A stretch of 64,000 nucleotides of DNA from Protoeuglena noctilucae. Taxonomy: Eukaryota. Made by a program: the position numbers and the translations under genes. The stretch spans positions 186,001 through 250,000 of the forward strand of contig OY253670.1 of assembly GCA_958009085.1 (NCBI GenBank). The letters are read 5' to 3'. Below are positions 37,701 to 52,600 of the stretch, piece after piece (position 1 is the stretch's first letter; the number at the start of each line of letters is the position of its first letter). The notes beneath the pieces are model-generated. The model searched no databases. It saw only the letters and a list, made by a program, of their open reading frames with translations, and had not been told where the DNA came from.

Positions 37701-40447
37701 GCGATAAACGCTCACCGGACACACACACGCGGAAAGGCTGCAGGTCCCCCCGTGCCACGAGGAGGGACGCGTGCTCCATGCCAGTGACCTCGACGTTACC
37801 GGAGGACGCGTGGGGTGTCGGGACGCCCGTTACGATGTTGAGCATGCCGGACGCCCTCTTGGCAAGGGTCACCTGGGGCGCACGCAAGCACGCAGCCCTT
37901 CAGGTCCATCCCACGTCGCTCTCTAAAGCACACCGTGTCATTCCCTGGCGTAGCGTATCATGCATGGAGTTTCTCTGCCTCTTCCATCGCAGCGCTCACC
38001 AGTGGGTTCTTGGGCCGTTCCGTGGGCCCCGTGCTTGCGGGCGGCTTCCCCAGTGCCCCGAGGCTGGACGGTTTGGGAGTCCCACCCGCCGCCCCGGCCC
38101 CACCCGCAGCGCCTGCAGCCCCGGCTGGCGGCAGGCTGACGGGCGCGGGGCGTGACCGCATAGATCCCATGGTCCCATCTGCGACGTCTCCGCTCACGCC
38201 CCGCGCGAGCTTGCTGGGCCTGGCAACGTGGTGGTGCTTGCCATGACCCGCGGGACTCGGGGCACGGGCGGGGGCTGACCCGAAGATGCCGGTGCTGAGG
38301 CGCGTGGTGATGGACGCCTTGTTCTCTTGGTTGGAGCGGAGGGCGTTGATGGCGTTCTGCTTGTGGCCCTCGATGGCCTGGGGAGGGACGCCGCAGCAAG
38401 GTTCGTGTTACAGCCTTGGTGTCTCTGCCAAGCACGACATGTGCAGTCCCTTTATCACTTGCCGATCCATCGAGCCCGCTCCCTGTCTCACCTTCCTCTC
38501 CCAGTACTTGTCTGCCGTGGCCGTGCTCGTCCCCAGAGACAGCTTGGGCGGGTCCAGCAGGTGCGGTGTGCGGGAGAGGCGCAGAAGGGACAGCAGCACG
38601 GCTTCCAGGAACGACAGGTCGCCGTGGGATGGCAGGTACACCTTGGGGATCGTGCTGCACATCTCGGTGGAGGTTCCGCCGGGGCCAGGGGCACGAGGGG
38701 GACGCTGGAAGTCGATGACGGGGACCTGGGTGGGCGTGAGGGTAGCGAGAGGTACATGCAGGGAGGCAGGGTGATGTGAATGGTGACTGGGACGTCTTTT
38801 CGGTGGCCACTGCCACGGCCTAGGGCCCCGGCGACCCCAGCCGACGCTGCCAGGAGCTGCACATGCAGAACACAAGTGGCTGCACGGCCCGTCATGCGCA
38901 TCTTGTCACCATGCCGGTCGCGTCTGATACCGAGACGCCCGCGCTCCGCAGGTCGTCGACCTCCCTGGGCCGCGTCTGCTCAAGCCACCCCATCTTGCGC
39001 CACGACAGCCGCAGCACGCCCTCGGGGGGCACCAGGGGGACGCCGAACGTGGCGCCGGCTCCCGAATGCCTCAAATCCTCGATCCTGCGGCGATGCTCGG
39101 CAGGGCTTGAGGATGACTGCCGCAGCTTGGATACATCAACGAGGCTGCCCAGCGCAAAGGAATCCTTGCCTCTTTGGCTCCGGGTTCTTCTTCAGTCGGT
39201 CCCCGAGCCTCTTGCGGAACGCCTCCGGCTTTTCAACCTCCTCCTGATACCGCCGCTGCGCCTCCTCCCGCGTCATGCGCGACACAACCTTGGCCCCGAC
39301 ATTCGCGTAGCCGCACGCCCGTCGCGTGCTGGAGGCCTCCGCGAGCACTCCGCCCCGAAGCTGCGCATCTGCAGGCGATGGAAGGCGGGCACCAAAGTCG
39401 GGAGGGCGCGCCAGGGGCCCTGGCAGGGCCGAGGCATCGGTGTGCATGACACTCGAGGCACAGCCAGCGCCGCTGGGTCGCATGGACTCACTCTTGACAT
39501 GCGTGCAGGCGTAGAGGACTCCATAGTACATAGAGGGACTGATATTGATGCCCGGAAGGAGCTCCTCGAGGAACACAGGGCCCTGGACGCGCTGCTCCGT
39601 TGTCGGGAAGCGGCCACGCTGCGGAAACGCACGGACGCAATCGTCGAGGGTGCCCTTGGCCATAAATAATGATTGCTGTGTGTGCAACTGGCATCAGCGG
39701 CCGACGGAGATGAGCAAAATTCGGACACATGCCGGGGGCGGCGTGCGCCGTCGGGAGCCTCGCGCAGGAGTGCGAGTCCGGCTGCGCAAGGCTGTCACCA
39801 GAATAAGCGTGCAGTATGGTGTCTCCGAATCCTCGACCATGACGCCCAGGTGGTGCAAAGGAGACAGCTTGGACCACGGATCGGTGCGTTCAAGCTCCGC
39901 GCAGGCGCCGTAGATCGATTCGAGCAGCTCCCGCGGGACGCCCTGCACGTCTGTTACGCTCACGCTCCTGCAGGCACGCGGGGGCTCGATCAGACGCGGC
40001 GATAGCGACGCTGGCCACGCGGCGCCCCCATCTCGACATGTATCCCTCCCGGCGGCTCACGGGATTGTCCCCCCGGCGTCCGCATCGTTGTCGTCCTTGT
40101 CTTCCCAGTTGCGGTTGGGCTCGTCGGCTTCAGCCGCCTTGGCAGGCCCCGGGGCGGATTCGGGGGCCTTCGGTGCCGCCGCAGCCTTCCCGAGGAATTT
40201 CTTGGGCGCTGCGGAGGAGAGGCACGCGGTGACGGGTCGTCGGTTCGGGTTCTTCTTTGCATCGCACAGCGGACTGGCCCGGGCGAGCTGCCGCGCCCGG
40301 CCTGCCGCTCGTGCGCCGAAAGCTGCTGCGCGCAGCACTATCGCGCACGAACGGGACACATCCTCGGTCCTGTCCTCACCCATCGCGCAATGCACGAAGC
40401 GTCCGGCCCCCCGGACGCTGCAGCGGCGGCCCCTGGCGCGTTGACAT
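34763..40447 (-). CDS. ZMYND15/MSS51-like protein (MYND zinc finger + MSS51-type C-terminal domain) with long N-terminal region
   Basis: CCHC...QCGTCRSANYCSEKCLHQHAMSLH...C (MYND), NWAEWHAMREVPLSSPIA...LTLFHM, PDLIAGFN, PLLFTA, LNPFRSP. Upstream exons (IYGACAELERTDPWSKL...CTLILG) link in phase. The start is inferred. Confidence 0.72.
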
Positions 40448-40883
40448 GCACAAGGGGCTCGGCACGGGTGCGGCGCGAGATAGAGGGCTCCCGGGCCTGC
40501 GATGCCAGGTTAGTCCCGCCAGTGGAGCGGACAAGACGCAACACGCTCTCTTGGGCACCCCAGCGGTTCAGTCACAAGCGCTGCTGAGCTTTGCTCTGCA
40601 CTCACAGAGCTGTGCGGGCTGTGGGATGCGCACAGTTTGCTCGTGATGGAACGGACAACGGCTCTCGGCGAAGAAGGCGTGGGGTATGCCCCTGCCACGA
40701 CACGATGTTAGTGACGCAGCTTGTCAGCCGCCACATACAGGCCCCAGACAACCCCCTGCCTGCCCAATCTCTCAAGCGCACTGCGAGACGGAAGCAAGTG
40801 TGTCGCAGTTACCACAGGCCAGTCATCTCCAGTGAGCGCCGGCGGGACACGCTGCACAGCCTTCCTCGTGGGACGAGGAGTGG

Positions 40884-42071
40884 ATGCAGCTTTGGCGAAA
40901 GCTCCCGGTTACAATCAAGTAAGCGTTGCGCTGGTTGCCGCCGCATTTGGCTGGCTTATCTCGTGACTAAGCACGCTCCCCGCGCTCACCTCACAGGGCC
41001 GCGCCATCTCGCGCAGTCAGCGTCAGCGCCGCCGAAAGCGCTCCCCACACCATGGTCACATTGGTGAGGACGTCGCGACTTTCGGCTTTGGGGCAAAAGG
41101 GCTGGCTTCGTCGCAGTAGCTTACCAAGTGCCCAGCCACGCCTTACTGAGCTGCCCAGCCGCGCCTTATAGAGCTGCCACGCCGCGCCTGACCGCAGCGT
41201 CATGTCCCGGAGAAGAGCCTCCACCTCAGCAAGCCGACCTCGTGGCTGACCTCACGGTTCCACTTCTCGTTCGCGGAGTACTTCGACCCAAGCAACGCGG
41301 AGTTCGGCGCCCTCCGCGTGATGAATGACGACCTGGTCAAGGGGAAGTCAGGTTTCCCGCCTCATCCCCACCGGGACTACGAAATCTTCAGCTACGTGGT
41401 CGACGGGAAGCTCTCGCACCAGGACAGCATGGGCAACAAGGAGGCCCTCGGGCGGGGATCGGTGCAGTACATGTCGGCCGGGCGTGGCGTGGTGCACAGC
41501 GAGATGAATGAGGAGCGGGAGACGTGCCGCTTCATCCAGGCAAGCAAGCAGGCCGCGCCTGAGATCGCTAGCGTGGGTTTCGCGCTATCTGCCATCGCGC
41601 AACGTGTGCTTGCTACCCCGTTGACTGCAGACGTGGATCAAGCCGGACCGCAGCGGGCACGACCCGCAGTACGGATCCCAGACCTTCGACGAGTCGGAGC
41701 GCAAGAACAAGCTTTTGCAGATTCTCGGTGGCACGGGCGCGGCGCCCCAGTGGGGCCAGGCCTCCAACAGCGGCATGGCGCGCCTGCACCAGGACGTCAA
41801 CGTCTTCGCGAGTGAGCTGGACGCGGACGCGGGCCTGTCGGTCAAGATGAGCGCCGACCGGCAGGCGTACCTGCTCTGCATCGAGGGGTCCCTCCGCGTG
41901 GCCACGTCCCGGGACGAGGTGCAGCTCAGCGAGCGGGACGCTGTGGAGATCGTGGGGAACAAGGCGGCCGAGCCGGTGGAAATCAAGGCCGGGGGCAGCG
42001 GGGCGCATCTGCTCATGGTCGAGATGAAGAAGACCGGGCACCAGCGGCGGGGTAGCGCGCGCGAGCTGTGA
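40884..42071 (+). CDS. Pirin-family cupin (YhhW-like) with short transit-like extension
   Basis: WLTSRFHFSFAEYFDP...FGALRVMNDDLV...GFPPHPHRDYEIFSYVVDGKLSHQDSMGN...VQYMSAGRGVVHSEMN...RFIQ|TWIKP. Confidence 0.93.
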
Positions 42072-42271
42072 ACGGCCTGGGGCTCTGAAAGGCTTTGTTG
42101 TTCAAACACATGGCAGACCGCGCGAGGTGCCACAAGCTGAGCTCGCGCGTGGCAGGGGTCAAACACTCACATAGCCAGGACGGCCCAATGCTGTGCAGCG
42201 CCCGCCGTCATGCGCCCTGCCAGCAGTGGCAGAGGAGCGCGACGCACGCAAAGGGGGCGCTCGGAAGCAGT

Positions 42272-43838
<1,567 letters not shown>

Positions 43839-46237
43839 ATGGCGATTAAGAACACAAAGCGGGCCCCCGAGCCCTCCAGCGAGGTGCGGCGGTGCAGCGT
43901 CCGCGTGCCGCTTCGTTGCGTTGCGAAATGTCGCACGGGTGCTTGGTCCGCCTCTGCTTTTGCCGCCGCCGGCGCGGCGAGGGGCAAGTTGCCGCGCGCC
44001 CTCGTGCGACGCGCCGGGCGCCTGCCTCGCCGCGCCGCTGCTGCCCCGCGGCCGGACCGAGCTCCAGAGCGGGCCGTTTGAGCCGGAGCCCTGGATACGG
44101 CGCCGCCTGGCCGCCCGGCCGTCTTGGCTGCTGGTACCGGAAGGGCTCCGGCATTGCCGCCAGGGGCCCCCTCGGGGACCCGCGCCTCTCCTGCGTGGGC
44201 CTCTTTGAGTTGACTTCATGACAGCGCGCCGGCGACTCCTCGCGACCCTCACCCGCCGCGCACGACCTCGTTTCCCTGTCCTGCCCTAAAGGCGCTCCCG
44301 CCGGGCGCGGACGGCGTGGGAGCGCGTGCTCCTGCGCCCTTTCGGCTCACCTGTTCGACGATACTCGCTCCCCACGCCCCTGGCACCGCCTTTCCCCGCC
44401 AGCCGCCCTCGCTCGGTGGCGTCTCCCCGCCCTAGCCCGCATGCGGCGCACCCAGCCGCTGCGGCGCCGCTTTTCCTCCTCAATGTCGCATGTTTGAGGA
44501 CCGGGGGACCTCGCGGGGCGTGTGCGCCGCGTCCCAACCGCTTTTGGGCGTTCGCCCGGAAGTGACCCCCTCCCGCCCCTCCTCGCGCCCGCAGTCCTCT
44601 TCCTCGTCTTCTTCGAGCATGTCGGACTCGGAGCAGGCCAAGCAGGCGGCGGAGGTGCGGCGGCTGGCGTGCACCGTGCGTCCTCGCCAGCTGCCCCTCG
44701 TGCGTGCCACACACAGCGTCCCCACGCCCGTTCCTCCCCGCAGTCCTCCGACTCGGAGACGAGCTCCGACTCGGGTGCCAAGGCCGCCCCCAAGGCCGCC
44801 GCCAAGCCGGCAGCCAAGCCGGCCGCCAAGAGCGACTCGTCCGACTCGTCCGAATCCTCTGACTCGGACTCCGAGGCCAAGGCGCCCCCGGCAAAGAAGG
44901 GCAAGACCGTCCCGGCCGCCAAGGCCGCTCCCGCCAAGGCCGAGTCGTCCGACTCGTCCAGCTCGGACAGCTCTGACGACGACGAGCCCGCCAAGCCCGC
45001 CGCCAAGGCCGCCCCCGCCAAGGCAGCTGCCAAGGCAGCGTCTTCGTCGGACGAGGAGTCCTCCGACGACTCTTCCTCGGAGGAGGAGGCGGCGGCGCCC
45101 AAGGTGCGGCGTCAGATGGCCCTCGACGTGACGTGGCTTGGCACGCGGCCTGCACTGGCCTGACGGAGGGCGCGTGCCTGAGGCGCCTCTTGGCCCGCGT
45201 GGCACGCTCGGCCGAACCGCCTTGTCCTCTCTTTCTTGCAGGGCAAGGCCGCCGCCAAGCCCGCCGCCGGCGACGACTCCTCGTCTGACGCGTCGGGGTC
45301 GACGTCGGACAGCGAGAGCGAGAAGGAGGCTCCCAAGGCGGCCAACGGGAAGAAGCGCGCCCGTGACGACGAGGACGAGGAGGAGGGTGAGGAGGAGGGC
45401 GAGGAGGAGGGTGACGAGGAGGAGGCGCAGGCCCACCCGAGGAAGCGCGTGGCCGTCGAGGGCGAGTGCCGGGGGGTGTTCGTGGGCAACCTGTCGTGGG
45501 GCGCGACGGAGGACGGCCTCCGCAAGTTCTTCAAGAAGTGCGGCGCCATCGAGAACGTGCGCATCGCCACGGACCGCGACACGGGCCGGTCCCGCGGCTT
45601 CGCCCACGTCGACTTCGCGGACCCCTCGGCGGTCGCCAAGGCCTGCGAGCTGGACGGGCAGGACCTGGACGGCCGCGCGCTCCGCGTCAACCCCGCGGAC
45701 CAGAAGCCCGCGGCGGGGGACCGCGGCGCGCGTCCCGCCGGCCGCGAGCGCGACGATAGCCGCACCGTCTTCGTCAAGGGCTTCGACAAGTACCAGGGGG
45801 AGGATGACGTGCGCAAGGCGCTCATGGAGGCGTTCGGAGCGTGCGGCAAGGTGGCCAACGTCCGGCTGCCGACGTCCCCCGACGACGGCAACCTAAAGGG
45901 GTTCGCCTTCATCGAGTTTGCCGACGCGGACGCCAAGAATAAGGCCGGCGAGCTGCACGAGACGGAGGTCGCGGGGGGCTACATCCACGTTGACCTGGAG
46001 CCGGGGAAGGGCAAGCCCGCGGGCGGCGGGTTCGGGGGGCGCGGCGGCCGGGGCGGCTTCGGGGGCGGCTTCGGGGGCCGGGGCGGGCGCGGGGGCCGCT
46101 TTGATGGCGGCCGGGGCGGGCGCGGGGGGCGCTTCGACGGCGGCCGGGGTGGCCGTGGGCGCGGCGGGCCCTCGGCCAAGGCAAAGGGCACGATCGACTT
46201 CAGCGCACCCAAGCAGAACAAGAAGGTCACGTTCTAG
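43839..46237 (+). CDS. NCL: Nucleolin (plant/Nsr1 type: acidic Ser-rich N-terminus, 2 RRMs, RGG/GAR tail)
   Basis: MAIKNTKRAPEPSSE|SSS..., alternating SSDS/KAAPAK blocks, RRM1 VFVGNLSW...RGFAHVDF, RRM2 VFVKGFD...KGFAFIEF, RGG repeats, and NKKVTF*. Confidence 0.93.
46020..46170 (+). repeat. GGC-rich tandem repeats encoding the nucleolin FGGRGGRGG (GAR) domain
   Basis: Repeated GGCGGC(TTC)GGGGGCCGGGGCGGGCGC-like units. Confidence 0.85.
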
Positions 46238-46411
46238 GCCCGCGAGGCCATGCCGAGGGATGGTGGCGGGCGCCGCCCACGTCCGGCGCGCCTGGGCTTC
46301 TCTGCCTCGGTTGCACGACCCCCTTTGCCAGGTCTAGCTAGCCTGTTGGCGTGTGCTCGTTTTGCCCAGGAACCTGTTCATTGTTTCTAGACGAAGAGGT
46401 CAGCCCGCCCT

Positions 46412-46416
46412 TGTAA
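46412..46416 (+). terminator. Possible chlorophyte-type TGTAA polyadenylation signal of nucleolin
   Basis: TGTAA lies 175 nt after the stop. It is not seen consistently behind other genes, so support is weak. Confidence 0.3.
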
Positions 46417-46688
46417 GCCGGGATACTTGAACGTAACTCCGACGGGCTGTCCGAGCACAGTTGTGCAATGGGCTGTGCCTAGATCCCGGTGATGGGTAAA
46501 GGAGGGGCACGGAGTTGGCGGCAATGCCTGGCCTAGTCCTATGTGCAAGTGCGGAGTGGTAAGCGCCTTTGCTGGCGTGGCATTGGCAGAGCTACAAAAG
46601 CTTTGAGAGAGGGTGCAAGACACGGTCGCGACGGCACCCAACACCGGGGCGCGCCTTCTGCGCCTAGTCGTTCCTGCTGGTACACCTT

Positions 46689-49600
46689 TTAGTGCCAGTG
46701 ATCGTCTGGCTTGCGGTCCTTGATGATGCGTCCCTTGGGCACCTTGGCAATCACCTGCCGCACATACGTGTTGCGGTTGAGGGACTTGGGGGCACAGACC
46801 TCCACAAAGTGGCCGGGACCCTCGGGGTCCAGCCCATGCTGCGAGGTGAGCGCGGAGCTGTCGATGAGGGCGAGCACAGGAGCTGAATCTCTAACCTAAG
46901 GTAACCAGCCCCCATTCCCGGCCAGTATCCGACAGGCAGGGCCTCGAGGCATGCGGCAGCTGCACCAGCACACGCTTGTTCATCGTCTCAGCCTCACCTG
47001 GGGTAGCTGCACCAGCACGCGCCCGCTCATCGTCTTGTGCACGTGCGGTCGTGGGCCATTCGCCTCCCTCTTGAACCCCTTCATGCCGCGGTCGGTCACC
47101 ATCGGAGCGGTGCCACTCGCACCCTGCCACTGCCTGCGTTCACGAAGCACGACTCGCGCCTCAGGCCCTGAACCTGTGTCAGGCCTCCCAAGCGCATCAA
47201 ACAGCCCCGCCTCGCTCCACTGGCTCCTGAGTAGCTCACGTGTGCACCGCCGCCCCTGCCTTTCCCCTGGCCCGCGCCGCGCTCCCTGGTCTCCCCGCCC
47301 CCAGCGCACCCGCCACGGTGTCATGCGGGTGAACCCCCCGCCAGTCCCCAGTCATGTCACCCCCCGTGATGTTCACCCCCGCGAGGTTCAGGGCCCGCGC
47401 GAACCCCGTGATCCCCAGCTGCTCTGGCGTGAAGCTCCCGACCTGGTCCGCCTTGAGCGTCAGTGGGGACCGCAAGATGGCGTGTGCCGCACGCAGGGCC
47501 TTGTGCTGCGACCCGCCCTGGGAGCTCGCCGAGTGCGCCAGCGTCTGCATGTTTCTCACGGACCCGAGGCCCATGAGCCGGGGCAGCCCGTCCAGCAGCC
47601 CTGCGCCGAACATGGTCGCCCCGCCCGGGCAGGACGCCGCCTCCGCCCCTCCCGCGCCCTCGGGCCCGACGCCGCTCTCCTCGAGCCGCCGCAGCTCCTC
47701 TTCCTGCTTCTTCATGAGCCGCATCGTCCGGTTGGCCTGCGTCGTGGTGCTGTCGCGCTCCCACCACCGACTGCGCTGCGTCGCCACTGCCTGCAGGCGG
47801 CCGCCGCCCTTGTCCGCCAAGTACCGCTGGCTCTTGCTGAACAGACCCGAGATGGCCGCGGAGTTGGCCATGGCTGCTGCCGTGTCCAACCGCATCTGGG
47901 GAACGCTGCAGGCAAGACGACACACGGAGCGCCGTGAGAGTCTAAAGCAACCCTGCCCATGGCTGCACGCGGCACACCCCGTACTTGCACATCACATCAT
48001 CAATACCCTTGCATCGCGGCTATGCCCAAATCTCTACCGCTTCGCTGCTCTGTCATCGCGCGCCCACTCACTTGCCGCCCCCGGCCACCGGCGCTGCCGA
48101 CCGTCGGTACTCCTCGACCTCTTTCAAGCGCTCCTTCGCCTCCTCTTCCGTCTTTGGCGGCGTCCGCGGCGCGGGCACCTCCCGCGGCCCACGCTCGCCC
48201 CGCCTCCCCGTCCGGCTGTGCCGAAGACCACGTGTGCTGCCTGGCAGCGACCGCGCCACGCCCGTCGCTTCGTCCGCCGCCGTCCCGCTCGATGCCGTGC
48301 TCGCGCGGCCCCTCGCAGAGCTCCTACGAGGCAACATCAGGACCGCTTGTCATCGCCCCGCCCATGGCATCATCCCTGCCTCCCCGATCCACCCACCCCC
48401 TCCTCACCGCATCATCGCCTCTTCGCGCAGGTCCCGGGCCCGTCCCCCGTCGGCCCCCACTTCTGGCGCAGCGTCCCACGACGACTGCGACCCTTCCCGC
48501 GCAGGCCCCTCGCCCGCCGTCGCCGCGTTCGCCCCGAACCCAGGCCCCTGTGACCCGTCCCCATCCCTGCGAAGGAGTTGCCAGGCGAGAGATGCACGCC
48601 AGCTAATCTGTAACTGCAGGCAGCGTCCAGAGTTCTACGCTCTGCTGAGAGCACAAGCACAAAGCCTCTCAGCTCCCTGCTCACCTTGCCGCGCCCTCCC
48701 CCGCCTCCTTGGCCGCCGCCTCGGCCCTCGCCCGCGACTCCCGCTCCCTGTCCCTCGCCGCGCTCTCCAGGCCGTGCCGCCCCCACTCCGGCGCCTCGGT
48801 CGGCTCGGTCGGCAGCGGCGACATGGCCAGCCCCACGCGCCGCGAGGCTTGGAGGCTCGCGCGGATGCCCGCGAGGGTGTGCACGGGGTCCTCCCGCCAC
48901 GCCATCCCCTGCCGCACCTTGTCCCGCACGGTACGCAGCACGTCCTTGAGCTCCCCCACCGTGAGGCCCTGCTTGCTGGGGTCGACCCAGGCCGGGTCCC
49001 GGAGGCCGATCGAGATGGCCAGCGGGCCCTCCTCCAGCAGCTGCTCCGCCACCGCCAGCATCGTCGACCGCCGCCTCTGCCGCACGGCCGCCCCCACCGT
49101 GCGCTCGCTCTCCGCGGGCGCGGCACCCGACTCGGCGAACACCGCCTTGCGGTGCTGCCGGAGCATCGGGACGTCCTCGGACAGCATCACGGACATGCCG
49201 TCGCGCTCGGCAGACAGGTTCTCGGAGTCCCCGCCCTCGGAACCGACCTCAAAGCCGTCCCAGACACCGTCGTCGGGCCGGGAGACGTGCAGGGCCGGGC
49301 GCGGGTGCGCGGCGGGCGCGGTGCGGCGCGCGTGCACGGCCTCGGCGCTGACGCGGTCCGCCGTGGTTCGCTCCAGCAGCGCGGCGCGGTTGCCGGCAGC
49401 ACGGGTGACAGCGTCAGATTTGAAAGCACGCGTCGCGTACTCGGAGATGGACACCTGCGAGCGTGCAATCGTGTCGTGGTGACTACAACGCAGCGCCAGG
49501 GGCTGAGGCAGGTGGGCAGGTCTTTGTTGGGGTTCGGGTTGCGAGCAGGCGGAGGTCGTGTCTCTTACACATGTGCCTCTGCGCCACTGGCGGTGTATCA

Positions 49601-52600
49601 GACCGCTCACCTCACTCTCTGCGTCCGAATCTGGGTCCCACTTGAGGAGGTGGTCGGCGGAGAGCTTGTTCTCTGCCACGCGTTGGCTGACCGACCGTCG
49701 CATGGTACGGGAGGTGGCCGCGGCCATGGAGCGGGCGAACTGCTGCTCCATCGTGGGCGGAGGAATCCTGCAAACGCGGACCGGGGCACGCAGGCATTGC
49801 TTCACGCATGGCTGCATGCACAGCGCAGCGGAAGGCGAGCCTGCGAAAGGCATGCTGGAGACTCCTACGCACCACGATCCCCGTCAAAGCCAGCCAGCCC
49901 GTGCGGTTGTCTGTACAACCACAAGCTGCTGACGAAGCGCGGCGATCTGCAGCGGCGTCGGCAGCCCATCACCTCCGCAGTAGGTTGGCGAGGTTGCCGG
50001 GATGGCTGCTGGTGACGGACGCCTGGGAGTCGGCGAGCTTGGCGATGCCGGAGATCTCGCTGAGGCTCGCGCGGTGCATGCCCGCCGCCACGCGGTGCTC
50101 GTTGACCACCCGCTGCATCCGCTTGGCGCGGCCCAGCATGTCCTCGGCCCTGCCCCTTGCCTCCTCCACCGCGGTCACTACGGAGCTGAGCTGGTGCTTG
50201 CGCCACGCCAGGATGGCGCGGCAGTGGTCGCGCATGCGCATCACGTCGCGTGGATGCACCAGCCTGCGGAGCGCGGGCGGGCGGGCGCGGGTGGGGCGGC
50301 ACGCATGTAGGGAAGGGAATGGTAGGGCGGCAACTCAGTCCCCGACCGGTGAAGAGCATCTGCTCTCACTTCTGGAGCACTTTTTGCTCGATCTGGAAGA
50401 CCGAGACGTCGGTCACCGCCACCACCGAGTGCGTGTGCGTGGCGCTCTGCCCCGCCACCGTGTCCTCCCCGCAGAAATCCTTGACGCCCAGCGTAGCCAC
50501 GGGCACCCGACGCGTCCGCTTCAGCTTCCCCGCCATGACGTCCTCTCTGCGAGTGCGCCACGGGAGCGAAAAGGACTCCACAAGCTGCAGCACCGTCACA
50601 GCACGTGCCTTCAGCAATGGCAGTCGCGCAGCTGTGTGCGCAGGGACCGCTGGGGTCACCTCAGCACGGTCGTCATGGACCTCCGTTCGTTCTTCAGGTC
50701 CGGCACGTCCTCGACAACGCAGCTCTCCACCATGCATGACCCCGTCTCGATCACATACACCGCATCGGCCGTCTGCCCCTCGTGGTACAGCGTCGACTTG
50801 GCTGGGAAGCGCAGGCGCTGGGCAGCAAATGCCAGAGCCCTGGGGACAGACACGAAGCCACGAGTTGGAGAAATGGACACAGGGGTGTCACAGCCTCAGC
50901 CACAGCGACACAGCCACGGCGGCCATTGCCAGACACGCTCCGCCCCATCGCGGCGTGTCACCTGAGGTCGGTGGAGTGGATGGTGCTCTGCACGATTGGA
51001 GCGGATGTCAAGAAACCGACCTTTTTCTTCAGCTCTCCGTCGAACCCCTCTGTCTGCGCGGGGCGTGCGAGCGGGAGCAGGGCGATGAGCAGCGCGCCCA
51101 GCGAGGTGCATGTGACGTGCTCGGGCTCCACGCGGCACTCAAGCTGCAGCTTCGTCGATCATCGATGCCGAATGCATTTCGCCATCTCATGGGCAGCGCA
51201 TCCCACTGCCCCCTCACCAGGATCGTGTGGTATTCGCTGCCGTCCAGGTACACCAGGTCCGACTCCTCGTTGGCCAAGACGGTGATCTTGTACTCGAAGT
51301 TCTCCAGAACCGACACTTCCCCGAAGAAATGCGACTCGAGATATTCCCTGCGAGACGAGGTGCGACATGAGTGCAGCGCCGCGTGCCACGGGCAAAAAAA
51401 CGCATTCCAAAGCGGGACATCAGTGGTGCGCTGCTTCGCGCTCTCAAATCCTGCCGCTTTGCGCTCCCGGTTTCTGCACCGTGACTCTGGTGCACGCTGC
51501 GAGTAGGTGGGCGCTGTACCCTCACCTCTCCCACAGGGACGGCCCGGTGCCCTGCGGGTCCTCCTTCATGACCCACTTGCGGTCGGGGGGCTTCCCGAGC
51601 TTCAGCTTGCTCGTCTGCGGGAAGCCAAGCACGTCTCGGTATCTCAGCATCCCATGCGCAGCGACGGGAGGCCGTGGGATGGGGGCGTCGCACACCACCG
51701 CAGCCCCTCGCCGCATAGCACCGACCACCATGGAAACCAGGCAACGCCAATCATCTCAGCATTGGGCAAATCGCTAGCTATAGGCCTCTCGCGACTCTCT
51801 CAGCCACTCCCTCACCAGGATTTCCACAAACTCCTCGAACTCCAGCTCCCCGCTCCCGTCGTCATCCACGCCCTCCAGCAGCTCCGCGATGTTCTCCTGC
51901 GACGCCAGAGGACAAGCAAGTGAGGGAGACATACTGCGATTTGCGCACGCAAGGAGCGCGAGGGCTGTAGAGGCGCCCAGAGCTGCGCCCAGGAGATGCA
52001 AGGACGCAACGCAGTCGCGCCCCTCGCCTCAGACAGCTGTATGCCCATCATTTCAAGGGCCGTCTGGAGCTCTTCCGCGTCGATGGCCCCGCTTCCGTCC
52101 GCGTCGATGGAGTTGAACAAATCGCGCATCTCCTGCTCCGACACTCCGCCCGCGCCCCCGGACGACCGCTCCTTCGCGCTGCCCTCCGCCTGCCGGTGCT
52201 GCTCATCCGACTTGTTCTTCAGCGGCGCGGGGTCCTCGGTCGTCACCGTCACCGACCCGCTGCGGGCCAGACGCGAGCCAGAGGTGGGCGCGACAGCCGG
52301 AGCAGCCCACCGCAGCGCCAGGCAGAGTGCTGCGAAGGCGGCAGACGCCCCGCCACGCGCGGAGTTTAGGCACCTCATGACGTAGAAGAACTGGCAGCCT
52401 TTGAGGATGACCGTCTCCCCCGCCCCGATGCGCTTGAGCTTGGCCACGTAACAGAGGTCCGTGTGCACCGCCTCGCCCTCTTGCGTGAACAGGGGCACCT
52501 CGGCCGTCTCCTCCCGGATGTGGCTGATGTCCAGGACGCTCCGGTTCTGCGCCTTGCGCTGCAGGGCCTTGCGAATGCGGCTGAGCTTGGAAATCCGCTC

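Noticed and set aside
44284..44290. CCCTAAA next to a hairpin, as a telomerase RNA template
   Set aside because: Only one repeat unit is present (templates need more than one), and there is no supporting promoter or pseudoknot evidence.
46400..46600. Short stems (CCGGGAT/ATCCCGG, AACTCCG/CGGAGTT, CAATGCC/GGCATTG) as a structured ncRNA
   Set aside because: The stems are only 7 bp, partly mutually crossing, match no known family motif, and lie in convergent 3' UTRs.
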